This document shows positions 13,339-26,567 of a stretch of DNA of 64,000 nucleotides, piece after piece. Position 1 is the stretch's first letter. Each line of letters opens with the position of its first letter. The notes below the pieces were generated by a model, which was not told the origin of the DNA, ran no database searches, and saw only the letters and a list, made by a program, of their open reading frames with translations. This DNA is from Paecilomyces variotii (lineage: Eukaryota): the NCBI GenBank assembly GCA_004022145.1, contig RCNU01000012.1; one strand, written 5' to 3'. A program made the translations under genes and the position numbers.

Positions 13339-15703
13339 ATGTCGGCCCCAAGACGCCATATCACGGCCGACGATGCTGCGGAGGGGCCACCGCTAAAGAG
13401 GGCAAGAAAGAAACCTGTCGCGTGCGTATTCCTGCCATTACTTTCTTACCCCAGTTGAGAATCCCTTTTTCTAAGTAGTCAAGATACAGTTGCCAGAGGT
13501 GCCACACGCACAAGGTCAAATGTTCCGGCGAACAACCTTGTTCCCGATGCCGGCTGGCCGGTCATGCCGATACTTGCGAGTACGTTTCGCGCGATCGTAA
13601 ACTGCGAGTAGATGAAAGGTATGTTTAGACATTGTATGAATTGAATGACATACTATCTCCGGACGCGAAGTTAGAGCTTGTGTTGATGCCGGTATTCCAT
13701 CGTCGTGGGTCTATAGTTACATAGATCGACTACTTTCTGAGAACCGTCACCTTAAACGGGAGCTGGAGCACTCTAGAGAGGCGTCTCCCGCATCCAGAGC
13801 TGGCGCGTCCAGACCAGCCATTTCATCACAGGATGATGTCGATCCCAGCATCCAGAATCCGCTTCTGAGCGAGCGGGCGTGGTTCCAGCAGTATGATCCC
13901 TCCGCGCCTCCAATTTACATTGCGGAAGCAGCCTGCACAGCGTTTGCGACTCGATTGCGGCAGTTCCTGACGAAGCAGCCCACGACAGCTCATCTGGCTC
14001 GGACCCAATATGTTAAAGAATCAAGTATGTTGAATTTACAGGATACCGGTGTTCAGTGGCCTAGCCTCACGCAAGCTCGACTGCTGGTCAAAATAGCGTT
14101 CAATCAGTCAGACGAGCTTTATCACCTGATGTTGAGAAAGTCAACGCTGGAGAAGCTTGAAGAAATCTACCAGACTGGACATTTCAACGACGAAGCACTG
14201 ACCTGCAAGTATTTTGCTCTTTTTGCTTTTGGTCAGGTCTACTCTTCGAGGCTGGAGGCATCCGCCGATTGTAGGGTACCTGGGACTGCCTACTATGCTC
14301 GGGCTATGAGTCTCATCCCAATATTACCAGAGAGACCGAGTATAACTCATCTCGAATGCCTTGTATTGCTGGTACGTATCTCGAGTCCTTTGGAGAAGCA
14401 GCGGATTGCTCACGGACAGATAGTCCCTATTCTCATACTTCCTGAATAGACGCCATTCAGGCTATATATTAATTGGCAATGCGATGCGCTTCGCCCTCAT
14501 CATTGGATTGACCCACAACATACCAGAGCGCCAATGCATGGGACCCGTGGAGCGTGAGCACCGCGTTAGAATCTGGTGGGTCATCTACATGTATGACCGC
14601 ATCCTGGGCTCAAAGACTGGATTCCCTCTCCAGATTCAGGATGCAGATATACACGTGGACATGCCGTCCGATGTGGCCGGTGGCGTGGAAAGCGGGCAGT
14701 TTTCTGATATAGAAGACCTGACGGCAAGCATCCAGCTCGCACGAGTCACGGGACAGATTATAGAAAAGGTATATACAAGGAAGAAGCATACCGAGACCTT
14801 CCTACAGAGGGAACAACGGCTGTTGCTCTCCTTGAAGCAGTGGATGCAAGCTCTTCCTAAACATCTTAGGCTCAGACCCGATGGCGTTACACCTAAGCAC
14901 ATCATTTCCCTTCATCTTCAGTTCAACCAGGTTAGTCCCATATCCATTCATCGGTTCTCACAATTTTGCTCATCACTGACACTTAACAGTGCGTAATGCT
15001 AGCTACCAGACCAGTCCTTCTGCACGCCCTCATAGAACTCCAAGACATTCGAGACCCGGCCGCCGGCTGGAAGAACCACGACAACGTCCCCCAGGCCGTT
15101 GTGACCCTAAGCGAGGCCTGCATCCAAGCAGGACGACATTCCCATTCTCTGATCGTCAAAGAATGGATCGACGGATCGCTCCCAATGTTCGGATACTTTC
15201 ATTCTCAATACCTCTTCTCATCAGCTCTAGTGCTGATCATTTCGAGCCTTCTCCCATTCGGAAATCTCAGCGACCTAGGCCTCTTCGAAACGGCCGTCGA
15301 GATCCTCCGTTCCATGAGCGCTCATGGAAATCTCGCCGCTGCTGAATTCTACGCAAACCTAGAACGAATCAAACAATGTCTAGGGGAGAAATGTAACCGC
15401 AGCACGACCAGCGACGTCCACAACTCCACAGAGCAAATGATTCCACGGAACACAGTCTCAGCCGTGGGTACTGCCCCATTCGGACCTGACATCCCAGGAG
15501 GAACTGCATATAGTAGTACAGCGGACTATCCCTTCCCCAGCACCGCTATGGCTACTGGCTTCACTACAGAAATGGCCTTTCAAAAGCCCACTATGCAGGA
15601 GTTTCTGGCCTTGTCGGATATTGATCTTGGTCCATTGGACCCGACGGGCATTGCGGTCGGTGATGCAGATGCGATAAATGCGTACTCGTTATGGACCGAG
15701 TGA
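13339..15703 (+). CDS. Zn(II)2Cys6 transcription factor with fungal-specific TF domain
   Basis: CQRCHTHKVKCSGEQPCSRC..C cluster after the first intron, and middle-homology region EREHRVRIWWVIYMYDR. Multi-exon. In-frame ATGs at 13312 and 13324 are alternative starts. Confidence 0.9.
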
Positions 15704-16703
15704 GAAAGCAATTATTCGTTATGCGCTGTCATGTCACCTCTAAGCATAGCAGCTCGCGCTGCACTTACACCAAACTACTTAGAGGCCATAACTAATAGCG
15801 GTGGACTTCGCGTCGAGGTCCTTAGCGTGACTCTACAACTCAGCCTCCAGCTGGGCCCTGTTGTACCTCTTTACGTCCGCATATCGGACTAATAATCCAA
15901 CAGTTATCGGCAAAGCAGCAGCAGCTTGCTGTCCGTCGCGCATTGGCTCTAACTTAAGTAGGAAGAATAATTTAATTACCTCGGCCAAGAGGGCGCTTGC
16001 CGAAAGAACCGGGGATTGGCTTCGGGTCCGGATTTATGGCTTTGGCAACCGAGGCTTATTCTCATTTTGCGCTGGTCTCAATAATGTAGTACGTAGTAAT
16101 AATAAAGCCATTAGAGGAAAACACTGGCCTTCAGCATCATGAAAACAGATCATGTCTAATGAGCGTTGATACATATAGCACATTCGTCTTCATTTACGCT
16201 ACTTCTTGGTGTACGCATGCTCTTAGAATCATACTATAGAGGAACTTCAGTGCATGAGAACATCACCTTCGTCACTATATTGATCTAACTTCGTGACTGC
16301 GTGGCAGTCATGGCAAGCTCATAAGATGACCTTTACGAGCTGCCGCGGAGCAGGACTAAAGTACATAGATATGGTACACGGGACCCCTATGCCCCTGTAT
16401 TATGCCTTTTCAAGACGCCTTTTGAGTGGAGAGTGGATATGAAAACGGCCCAGAAGGGCCGTTTTCGAGGAGACAAGGATAGGAGGAAGGTTCGGGTAGG
16501 AGGTAGAAAGGTAGATTCAGAGAGATAGGATTAAGGGGGAGGGAAGCAGGTGACAACGTGAGTAGAAGACAGTGAGGTGAATAGAAATCGGAAATCGGAA
16601 CATAAATGCTCGTACTATGCAACACAACGCTCGAAGGGCAATATCCTCCAAAAAAAGGAGAACGTGATCACGAAACAGAAAGGGAACGGAGGGTGTCAGC
16701 TGC

Positions 16704-18616
16704 TTAGAACATGCCGCCGCCCATGCCGCCCATACCGCCCATACCCCCAGCGGGCATGGCAGGTCCCTTCTCCTCGGGAGCCTCAACGATGGCAACTTCA
16801 GTAGTACCGAGCAGGGAGGCAACACCGCTGGCGTCAACCAGAGCGGTGCGGACAACCTTGAGAGGGTCGACGATACCAGCGGCAATCATGTCGGTGTACT
16901 CGCCCTTGGAGCTGTCGAAGCCCTTGTTGAAGTCACCGGCGAACTCATCAGTGAGCTTGCCAACAATAACGCTGCCCTCAAGACCGGCGTTCTCAACAAT
17001 GGTGCGAGCAGGACGGGTGATGGCGTTCTTGATGATGCTGACACCGAGCTGCTGGTCGAAGTTGGCACCCTTGACGTCCTTCAGACCGTTGGCGGAGGCC
17101 TTCAGGAGGGCAGTACCACCACCGGGCAGGATACCCTCCTCGACAGCAGCACGGGTGGCGTTGAGAGCGTCAACGACACGGTCCTTCTTCTCACCGACCT
17201 CAACCTCAGAGGCACCGCCAACCTTGATGACGGCAACACCGCCAGAGAGCTTGGCGAGACGCTCCTGGAGCTTCTCCTTCTCGTACTCGGAGGTGGTGGG
17301 GTCAGCAATGACACCACGGATCTGCTCGCAGCGCTGAGCAATGGCGTCCTTGCTGCCCTCACCGTTCAGGATGATAGTGTCCTCCTTGGTGATGGTGATG
17401 GCACCGGTGGAACCGAGCATGTCGGGAGTGAGCTTCTCGAGCTTGATCTCGAGCTCATCGGTGAAGACGGTGGCGTTGGTGAGGATACCAATGTCGCCCA
17501 GGATGCTCTTGCGGTTGTCACCGAAGCCAGGAGCCTTGACGGCGGCAACCTGGAGCTGACCACGGAGCTTGTTAAGAATGCAGACGGCGAGAGCCTCACC
17601 CTCAATGTCCTCAGCAATGATGACCAGAGGACGGCGCAGCTGGGTAGAGGCCTCTAGAGCAGGGATGATGTCCTGAACAGCGGAGATCTTCTTCTCGGAC
17701 AGAAGGATCAGAGGCTTCTCAAACTCGACCTTCTGGGCCTTGGCGTCGGTGATGAAGTAGGGCGAGGTGTATCCACGGTCGAAGCGCATACCCTCGGTGA
17801 CCTCGAGCTCATCATCAAGAGTCTTTCCTTCCTTGACGGTGATGACACCCTCCTTGCCAACCTTCTCCATGGCGTTGGAGATCAGCTTACCAACGTGGGT
17901 GTCGCCGTTGGCGGAGATGGTAGCAACCTGAGCAACCTCCTCGGAGGTGGTGATGTCGCGCTTGTTCTTCTGGAGGTAGTCGACAACCGCCTCGACGGCG
18001 GCCTGGGTACCACGGCGCAGGTCCATGGGGTTGCAGCCGGCGGCAACGTTCTTCACAGTCTCGGAGAAGATGGCACGGGCGAGAACGGTGGCAGTGGTGG
18101 TACCGTCACCGGCAATCTCGTTAGTCTTGGAGGCGACATCCTGGAGCAGACGAGCACCGAGATTCTCGAACTTGTCCTGGAGCTGGATGGACTTGGCCAC
18201 GGTAACACCATCTAAACCATGCAGTCAGCGCCCGCCCGACGGAACGACGAAATTATGACAACTATGCACGTACCCTTGGTGATCTTGGGAGAGCCATAGC
18301 TCTGTTCAATCAGAACATTGCGACCCTTGGGACCGAGAGTAGAAGAGACGGCCTTGGCGAGGGTGTCGACACCCTTGAGAAGCTGAGCACGACCCTCGAC
18401 ACCGAACTTGAGCTCCTAGAGAGCTGTCAGCATGTTTACCGAAACACCCGAGGGAAAGCGCCCGGGGGTCCGGGAAGAGCCACAGAGCGCAATTGCAATG
18501 TTACACACCTTGTGAGCGAATCTCTGCTGCTGCAGGTTCAGGCCGCTCGATCTGAAGAGAGGAGCGCGTCTGGCGGCAGATAGGACAGAAGTCCTGGAAG
18601 TGATAGCTCGCTGCAT
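16704..18616 (-). CDS. HSP60: Mitochondrial chaperonin Hsp60
   Basis: Exons 18616-18509, 18415-18274 and 18211-16704. Presequence ending QRFAHK, GDGTTT, KAPGFGD and a C-terminal GGM repeat. Confidence 0.98.
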
Positions 18617-20088
18617 GTTGACTGGGGACTGGTAAACACGGAAACAAACAAACAGAGGACACAGGAGAACAGAGATAGAAAAGGTTCTACCCGGACAGGA
18701 GCCCTAGAGCAGATACAGAGAAAGGATGGAGGGACGAAGGGAAGAAGGAAGGGAGAGAGAGAGAGGTCTGAAGAAAGGAAGATGAAGCCAAAGCTCGAAA
18801 ATTTTCCAGGCGATTCTGACATCCCCGGATGTCTTGGCAGCAGAACCGCCTAGAAGGTCACGTGGAGGTCCGTGATTGCCGGCGTGGAGAAAGTCGGCAA
18901 TCTTAGACAAAATGATTGTTTAGTATCTAGTTGGCTCGCTATTACTTCGGTCTATATAAGGATGATATTCCAGTTATTTTTCGCAATAATGGCAAGTGAT
19001 TGTGCTGTGGGTGAATTCCTGCACTGGGTTTGGCAATTGCCATACACCATTCTCCAGTTCAGCGATGAATAAACAGGCTCCTTCTTACACCATGAAAGTT
19101 ATACAGAGATGCATAGTTTGCTCTCAGCCAGATGAGAAAGTATTGATTGACCATTCAAAATCCTCATGGACCTCTCCGCTGTGTAGTATCATTCCCTATA
19201 GCCAATCACCATGTTATATTCATCCATCCCTTTACATTAGGTGAAAACACACATATTAACCTTTATCTTCATCTTAAGATTTCCTTTATTCACCTCCAGA
19301 GTACCACTCAAAGGAGGAAAGACCCATCTTCCTGAGCTTGCACAATTTCACTACTAGGGGCTCGACGTGTGATGCTGACACGTACCTGACAACTTTCGCT
19401 TACCCACAACCGGCATCTCTTTCTCCATGTTACCCCTTCAAACTTGTCATCTGAGAATGGAGAGAGATCAGATACAAATGGAAGAACGCTCTTATTCGAG
19501 TCTCCTGGCCTCAAAAGTCTTCTAGTTACAGTTGATGAAATTCGTGGTCAGAATGATAGATATTTTGTTCAAAGCACGAAAACCGAACCGCGTCCACCGA
19601 AGATTGACAATCCCGTGATGTGATGATAAGAGAAATGGACAGGTCGAACGACTGAACGAGAAATCCGAGAAGTCTGCTTATCACCCGCGAATAGGGAATG
19701 CTCCAGAAATTCACGTCGCTGGGGGAGGCTTGCAGCCACAAAAGGTGGACAACAGTCCGTCCACACGAACCAGGAATCCCGATGACAAGCGCTCCCAAAC
19801 CGGGGAAATGAGGTTCAAAGACAGAGTCATCAGCGCATGTGCAATGAAGGTAGCAGAAAAGACGGCCCCTGAAACGAAAGCCATCAGAAAAGCAGAAAAA
19901 GCCGCGAATATCAGGAGATCTCATGAAGGATCCACCGGTTCCTGAAAGAGAATGCAACAGAAAAAAGTGCCTAAGCCATATCCTACCAACGCCTCGAGAA
20001 GACCTGCATCGGCGAAGTCAGTATCTAACTGTGAACGATGGTTTCGAGATCCAAACGATTACCATGTAGGATACTGTACACTTCGACA

Positions 20089-21662
20089 TCAGTGACTTGC
20101 GTCGGGAGAGCCGATCAACGGGTATCCAATGAACTGGTTCAGGAGCTGGGCATGCATGGAGTGGACGTCGCCATAGCCCTCATCGTCGAAGCTTTCATAC
20201 TCTTTCGGAACCGATTCAAGAGCTCCAGATCCAGCTGAGTTCGCATTATCGCCGGAATCGCTCGCTGAGCTGCTGCGGTGCACCAAACCCAGTCCGCTGT
20301 TATTGTTGAGCGACAGACCTGTGCCTAACCATGGATCCAAGTTGGCGGACACAGACTCTGGAAGCATCCTGGGGTGTGCTGGACCATCCTGCATATCGGA
20401 ATATTGACTTATGAGGCTGTTGGGATATGGAAGGAAGGTCCCTTGATCCTGCTGGCTAGGAACGGAGCCCCCAATACTGCAATTATTCTGATAATCATGG
20501 TGGCCGGACGAGAAGCTTGCTGTGTGGCGCGAGTGATGATAATTGTTCTCGTTGAACAGAGTGCTAAACATGCTCTCATCTGGAAGACCACTCTGGATAG
20601 GATCACTGAGGGTCTGGAAACCAAGCATGCCATCATCTTGAAGCCCATTGGCCCCTGCATCAGATTCCTGATAGTGATCCTGGACGTAAGGATTACCTAG
20701 GACCAGTGCCTGACTTTGTTGAGCTCCTGAATCATTACCGCCTTCCACGAGTTCGATAAGTCTCTTGAATCCTGAGCGGCGCTCATTGAAACTGAAGACG
20801 ACGACTTTAGAGTTATTCGGCTTTGCGTCCTGACTATCCCCCACTGGGCTTGAGGGCAGCTCCCGGTTATTGGAAAAGTTCAGGAACTGCGCCCCAACCC
20901 CAACGACTCCATCGCTAAGATCGTCCATGTCCGTGTCCGCCTCTGTGTCTTCTATCTTGATGACAGTCCCAGCTGACTTGGCCTTTGCTTTCTTTCGCTG
21001 ACCGCACTTGTTTGTTTTGGACCGGCGTCTTTTACCATACTCCTCGTCAGATGATTCTTCCCATGTCTCCGGAAGGCCGGCGACTTCGTCTTCATCTGAG
21101 AGGCTTTCGCGATCCTTTCCTTTATTTTTACCGCTGCCTTTGGCATTGGAAGGGCCAATGCCAGTTTTCTGCTCAGATTTGGCTTTGACTATGGCCATGG
21201 TACCACTGCCACCCCGACGAAGAGGCGGAGGGACCTCTTTATTGGCAGCAATGCGGCGAGTTCGAAGCTTGGCGAGGTGTTGGACGATAGCACCTTCAGT
21301 GACATTGTTCCCCATTGTCTCTGCAACATTTGCCCATGGGATTTTGACTCCCAGCTGATTACACACAGACTGGACCGTGAGAAGAAGGAGCTCATTGAGA
21401 TTTTCTATCATGGTCAGTCTAATATCCATGGTCCCGTTGAAAGTGGCAGGTAGAATATCGAAATCTATCCTATTTCACTGCTACAGCAGCTGGGATGAAA
21501 GGGGAATAGATGCTTGAGAGACATCATTCAGAGACGCGAAAAGGGGCACCACAAGCTGTCGATGTGCAGGAACCAGAGAGTCATGTCAGAATGAGACTTA
21601 CCATCCCAGCGAACAAGAGTTCGCTTCTTAGGGCGATTCAGAACCTTTCTAGAGATCCCCAT
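20089..21662 (-). CDS. Uncharacterized protein with N-terminal Myb/SANT-like helical domain
   Basis: Exon 21662-21602 (GTAAGT donor) joins 21404-20089 to give LVRWDENLNELLLL..KIPWANVAETMG..TEGAIVQHLAKLR. A basic patch and a long low-complexity tail follow. Confidence 0.75.
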
Positions 21663-22980
21663 GGCTGTCTGGTGTTGCGGGATATCGCGAGATTAGGACA
21701 AGAATGTGTTTGTGAATAAAGACAGACTGCTGGCACACATCAGTTGAATGCACTTCTGGGTCCCAAGCAACGCGGCGGGCCCCGCTGGAGAGATTGTATA
21801 TACCAGGTGAACAAGTGCACGTGAAAGACGACGGAGTACACCGCCTTGGACAATTGGTGAATATGTGCTATAATGACCCCAGCCATAGCCACTCCGCATG
21901 CTGCTACTTCTGGAGGCGAAAAAGTGAGGTCAACGTACCTAGTAATGGTGCTATGGGATATAGCCAGAGAAGTGCTCCCAAGGAAGTTTCTGTCTCTTTA
22001 GTGGAGATGATTTCCTGAACTGGACGCTTGATTTCGCTCGATATTTGGAGGAGAAGATACTGCAATGAAGTGAGGCCTGTCGGAGAGTCCTGCTGGATCT
22101 GAGTTGCTCTAAGTGTCTAGGTTGGGACCAGCAACTCCCTGACATTGATAGTGAAGTATGGACCAGCATTCACTGCTGCCAGCCTGAGGGGAGGACTGTA
22201 TTGCTCGAGATAGCTTTCGGTGAAGGCATTGGAAGCCCTCAGGTGACAGCTAGTTACTAGCAGCTTAAGCACGGGGAGACCTGTCATCGTATCTAATAGT
22301 TGATACCGTCGGTGCTACTCGACTTCGTTGCTTAATCGGTACTCCTCACACAGTATTTTGCCGCTGGAGACAGTGTATCGGGTGATGCTAGGTGTCAATA
22401 TATAGCTGTATCCAAGTACATCGAGTATGGCCGTGGTCCTGCGCTAATGTGTTGGCAGATGTCTTGGGACCCTGTATATATAAAACTGCAAGCATTTTCA
22501 GTATACGTATTTGAGGCTGCGCCATGCGGGGATTCCTCGGACTTAGAAAGGCGTATATTAGATTGCAAGACCAGAGTCTACTTTACTGGTCTTTCCAGTG
22601 CGAAACAGTCTCGCAATTGCATTTCCCTATGCCAGTATGGGCTATCCGGGGTTCGTCCAGACTTGGCTATCGCACGTTCTTCAGCACGAAGTGGCATATA
22701 GACGACCTCCTGGAAGGTAATTGGAATTTAGAACTACTATTTCCTACAGGGATCAAGTGAGAAGTATCGATACCCTCCTTCTGTTGTACTGTAATTGTAA
22801 AAAGGAATGTAGCCGTGTATCTCTGTGATGGCCGTAGAAGCGGTGATCCGGTCACGTGCCTCACATGACCGAGAGCCGCAGAGCCTCCGAGTCCGACGTT
22901 TCCATCGCCGTGAAAAGCATCAACCGACATCGCTCTCTCCCCTACAGACACACCACATCCACCGCGATCAATCCTTCAAG

Positions 22981-23361
22981 ATGCCTTCCTTCTGGCAAGC
23001 TGCCGGTCTGACGTACGTTTACGTACCATCTACCCTCCGCTCCCGTGCTCTGGCTTCGTTCAATCGCTGACTTGTCTCGATTATACAGCTACAACCGCTA
23101 CCTGGCCGTCGCTGCTCGCGCGGTCCGTCGATCTCTCAAGGAGGGCCCTCGTCTGCAGGCTGAGCGCCGCGGCAACATGGATCTTCGATTCGCCAAGTGG
23201 GAGGTTCGTATAAATCCAATTCCATTGTTTTGTTCGGCGGAGGAAGATTCGCGGATAAACGGAGACTGACGGCATCCGTACAGAACGGCAGGCAGGGTGA
23301 AGTCAAGGCCCTTGACCAGGCCAACACCGAGGGCATGGCTGCCCAGTCTGAGTCGAAATAA
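22981..23361 (+). CDS. ATP15: Mitochondrial F1 ATP synthase epsilon subunit
   Basis: Three exons give MPSFWQAAGLTYNRYLAVAARAVRRSLK..RFAKWENG. Confidence 0.95.
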
Positions 23362-23774
23362 GCGATATCCCGAAGATAGCAGATTGCTGTTATGATGGAC
23401 CGGAGAATTCTTCCCACCACGGACTGCTGCGGTTGGCACACTAAGGCGAGGAGGATGGGGTTGTATATCTTGTAGCAATACTGGCTGGTCGAATCACGCA
23501 AAAATAGAAATACCTGTCCACCTCGTTCTATACATCCGAGTACGAAGGGAACCCTGTCTGTAGTTGCTTGTTGTAGATGTACTGTCTATATTCGGATTTC
23601 GTAGCGACCGCGGGACCGCCTTTGACGGTTGCGCTGTTCAGATTCTCTTAACCACCGACAGACAGCCCGCTCCGCCGTAAGACGCCCTGTATCCTCGCGC
23701 CCCCTCCTACGCCTTTGTTGAACCGAGGATCGATAGCAGCAGGCTGCCAGGACAACGAGTACTCCCTTCGTGTC

Positions 23775-26567
23775 ATGCTGCCGAATAACGAGGTTCGCGT
23801 CTCTCAAAAGACGCAGGTCGTCGGGCAGTCGATTATCCCACGCGACATCACCGACCAATTTACCAATGCCGCTGCGAGTATGTTTGACCCCGCCAGCGAT
23901 ATAGCTCTGTTGCGCACACGACTTACCTTTTTGGACTGGCTTTCCTAACAATATCTTTCTCCTCTTCCAGCGCTACGCACTGGCCAGCTTGTCAAAGATG
24001 AATATTTCACGCTGTTCGAGGCCGTGGGGGCGCTCGAGGTACGCTACAATGAACCAACCCCCTTGACGCAGTCATCATGAAAGTTCGCACCGGGCTAACA
24101 CGTACGTTGCTTAGATTATGGATGCGAAAATGGACAGCGGATATTTGGCTCCTGGGGAAGCGCTCGAGGATGACTACGACGTCATGCGTGAGCTCCAGCC
24201 GGAAGAGGCTCTAGGGATAATGGACGAGTTGCTTTGCCATGAGGTACGTTGGTCTCTTCGACGGCATATCTTTTGCTTTGAGAGGAACGTATGGGGCTGA
24301 GAAAGCGAATCATAGATGGCATGGCACATGGGACATCCGCTTTCACAGACCCTGTTCACGTCGATATATCTTGATAAGTTATTATGGCCGGTTCCGAAGG
24401 TATTTGAACAGGCGCAATTCTACCGTGGACAGGGAACAACGGAGGAGGACCTGCCACTTGTGAATCTGGTATTGAGAGCATATTGTCTCGCTCTAGTTAA
24501 GTGCTGTGACTTTGTCAATGCGCGAGTAACCTCCGAATACTTCTTTGAGGTTAGCATTCCAGCTTGCTCAGGATTTCATGGACTGATCAGGATATAGGAA
24601 GAGGACTTCGTGACCCAGCTATACAACCGCAGCCTTCTAACCGAGTTCGGCGTCGAACAATTTTACAATATTATTGATAAGGCGGTTTCTTGGATTGATG
24701 GCCAAGAGGGTAAAATCGATGACGAATTGAGAGCTGCACTCAAAGCTCGCTTGGACTTCAGAAAAGAATTCCTTGACGCCCTGGACCAAGACCTCGATGT
24801 CATGGAGAGCAGGTCGACAGAAAAGTTCGCATCCAGTTTATCAAAAGTGCCACTTATCGAAACGTCTATTTCCTTAGGCAAGCCTGTCCCGAATGCTTTC
24901 AGCCTCAAGATCCAGCGGAAACTGGCCAGCACCGTTCCTCCACGGCCCATGGTCAAAATCAGCCACGAAGATGCATTGGACCATGTCAAACGCTTCTGTC
25001 GTGATGCGATCGATATCCAGGAGATCCTCGATTACCGCGGTCCCGAAAATCTCAGGGTATGGGTGCTCCGAAGAACGTAATTAAGCGGATCCAAGCTAAT
25101 ACATCTAGGTGGCTCTCTGGACACTGGCATCTCGGAAACCACAACCGTCCGTGTATATTCGCTCCCTTCTTCAAACATTCATTGTCAACGACATGAAGGT
25201 TCTGGGCGCTGTTCCCGTTAAACAGTTCTTCTATGATGACCTCGCAGAGCTTACCATGCCTTTTAATCTGCTCTTGCAGCCTGAAAACGATGAGGTTGAG
25301 GTGCCTTCTGATCCTCGTTTCCAGATGGCTAAACATATGAACGCTTTCATAAAACGTGCTGCTCAGGTAAACTGCTCTCTTCGTCGAAAAGCCTGGAGAT
25401 CTGCGCTAATGAGAGCCTGTAGCCTCTAATGGATACTTTCCGTACCGCGTGTCTGAATCGGTGCCGTGTGCGCCGTACTCTGTGTCATCATGCTATTGAG
25501 TGGGATAACCTGCAAATAGAGGTTTGTCCATGGATACCCTACAATGTTTGGATTTTTTATTCTTATGTAGACTCTTGCTGACCACCAAGCAGGCGGAGGA
25601 CCTCGATGCTCAGCTTCGTACGTTGAACCTGGAGCCTCCGCTTGCGCTTCGCGGTTGTGAACCAACTTATTCATATCCCATCAGCAGCTGGGCATACCAC
25701 CAAAAGCTCGTCCAGCTGCGCCTGATTATCCAGCTTGGATTTGAACTTTCCATCTATGCCCCCGAGGAACTACCGGGGATGTACTGGTACCTTTCTCACC
25801 TGTGCTCTACCCATTTAGCTCACATCGACCGTATCCGCACCTTCACCGTTGCAGCTAGTCGAAGAAGCATCTCCCCGACATCAATACTGGGAAAGAAGGC
25901 CAACTCAGTCGCAGAGCGGAAACGGGCCTTTGAAAAGACACTGACCCTGTTGAACCGCCACACAACGACTCTCATCGCTATTGATGCCTTTGCGCTTGCG
26001 TTACATGCTCTATATGTGCTCCTTGCCCGTCATAACGTTCTGCCTAGGGCATCCTCCAAGGATGCTTATTCAAGCGCACGGCTCCGATATGAACTGCGTA
26101 TGAAACCATTCATCTCAATTTCGCTTCCGGAGATGGTTTCCTTCGAGGATTACGAGCGTGAAGCTGCCCTTGAAGGTGACAGTGATTCCGTCGTACTTGA
26201 TCGCGCCACACGTGCAATGACTGAAGCACGGAAACATTGGGAATCTGTGCTTTCCAACGGGCCGTTCTTGCCGGTTGGCGAGGATTGCTCGCAGGCTGAT
26301 GCTCGACATGGTGACGCAAAGGCGGTCCAGGACGAGTGGCAGCGCGACGTCAAGGATTCTTTGCGTGCCTGCATAGGTACCAGTCTCGCCATCGGAGCTG
26401 TCAAGAAGGCTCTTTCAGCGTCATCCGGAAAGGACGGCACGAAGCAAGCATCTTCAGATCCGCTTAACTTGAGCGTCGAACTACCGGAGGTAGGGTCCAA
26501 AGCTCGTTGGCATGACTGGTGGGTTGTACCAAAGATTTCGGAAAAGAGTACTGGACCCAAGTCGTGA
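23775..26567 (+). CDS. MAK10: NatC N-acetyltransferase auxiliary subunit (Mak10/Naa35)
   Basis: Multi-exon. FTLFEAVGALEIMDAKMDSG, EMAWHMGHPLSQTLFTS, EEDF and GFELSIY..YWYL motifs. Confidence 0.92.

Noticed and set aside
16711-17559. Long antisense ORFs over HSP60 (similar ones over ATP2 and ATP9)
   Set aside because: Shadow ORFs caused by the strong codon bias of highly expressed genes.
18794-18809. Possible heat-shock element upstream of HSP60
   Set aside because: Only one perfect nGAAn unit in correct register.
19526-19957. 143-aa minus ORF and overlapping plus ORFs
   Set aside because: No recognisable motif or convincing splice signals; probably 3' flank of the neighbouring gene.
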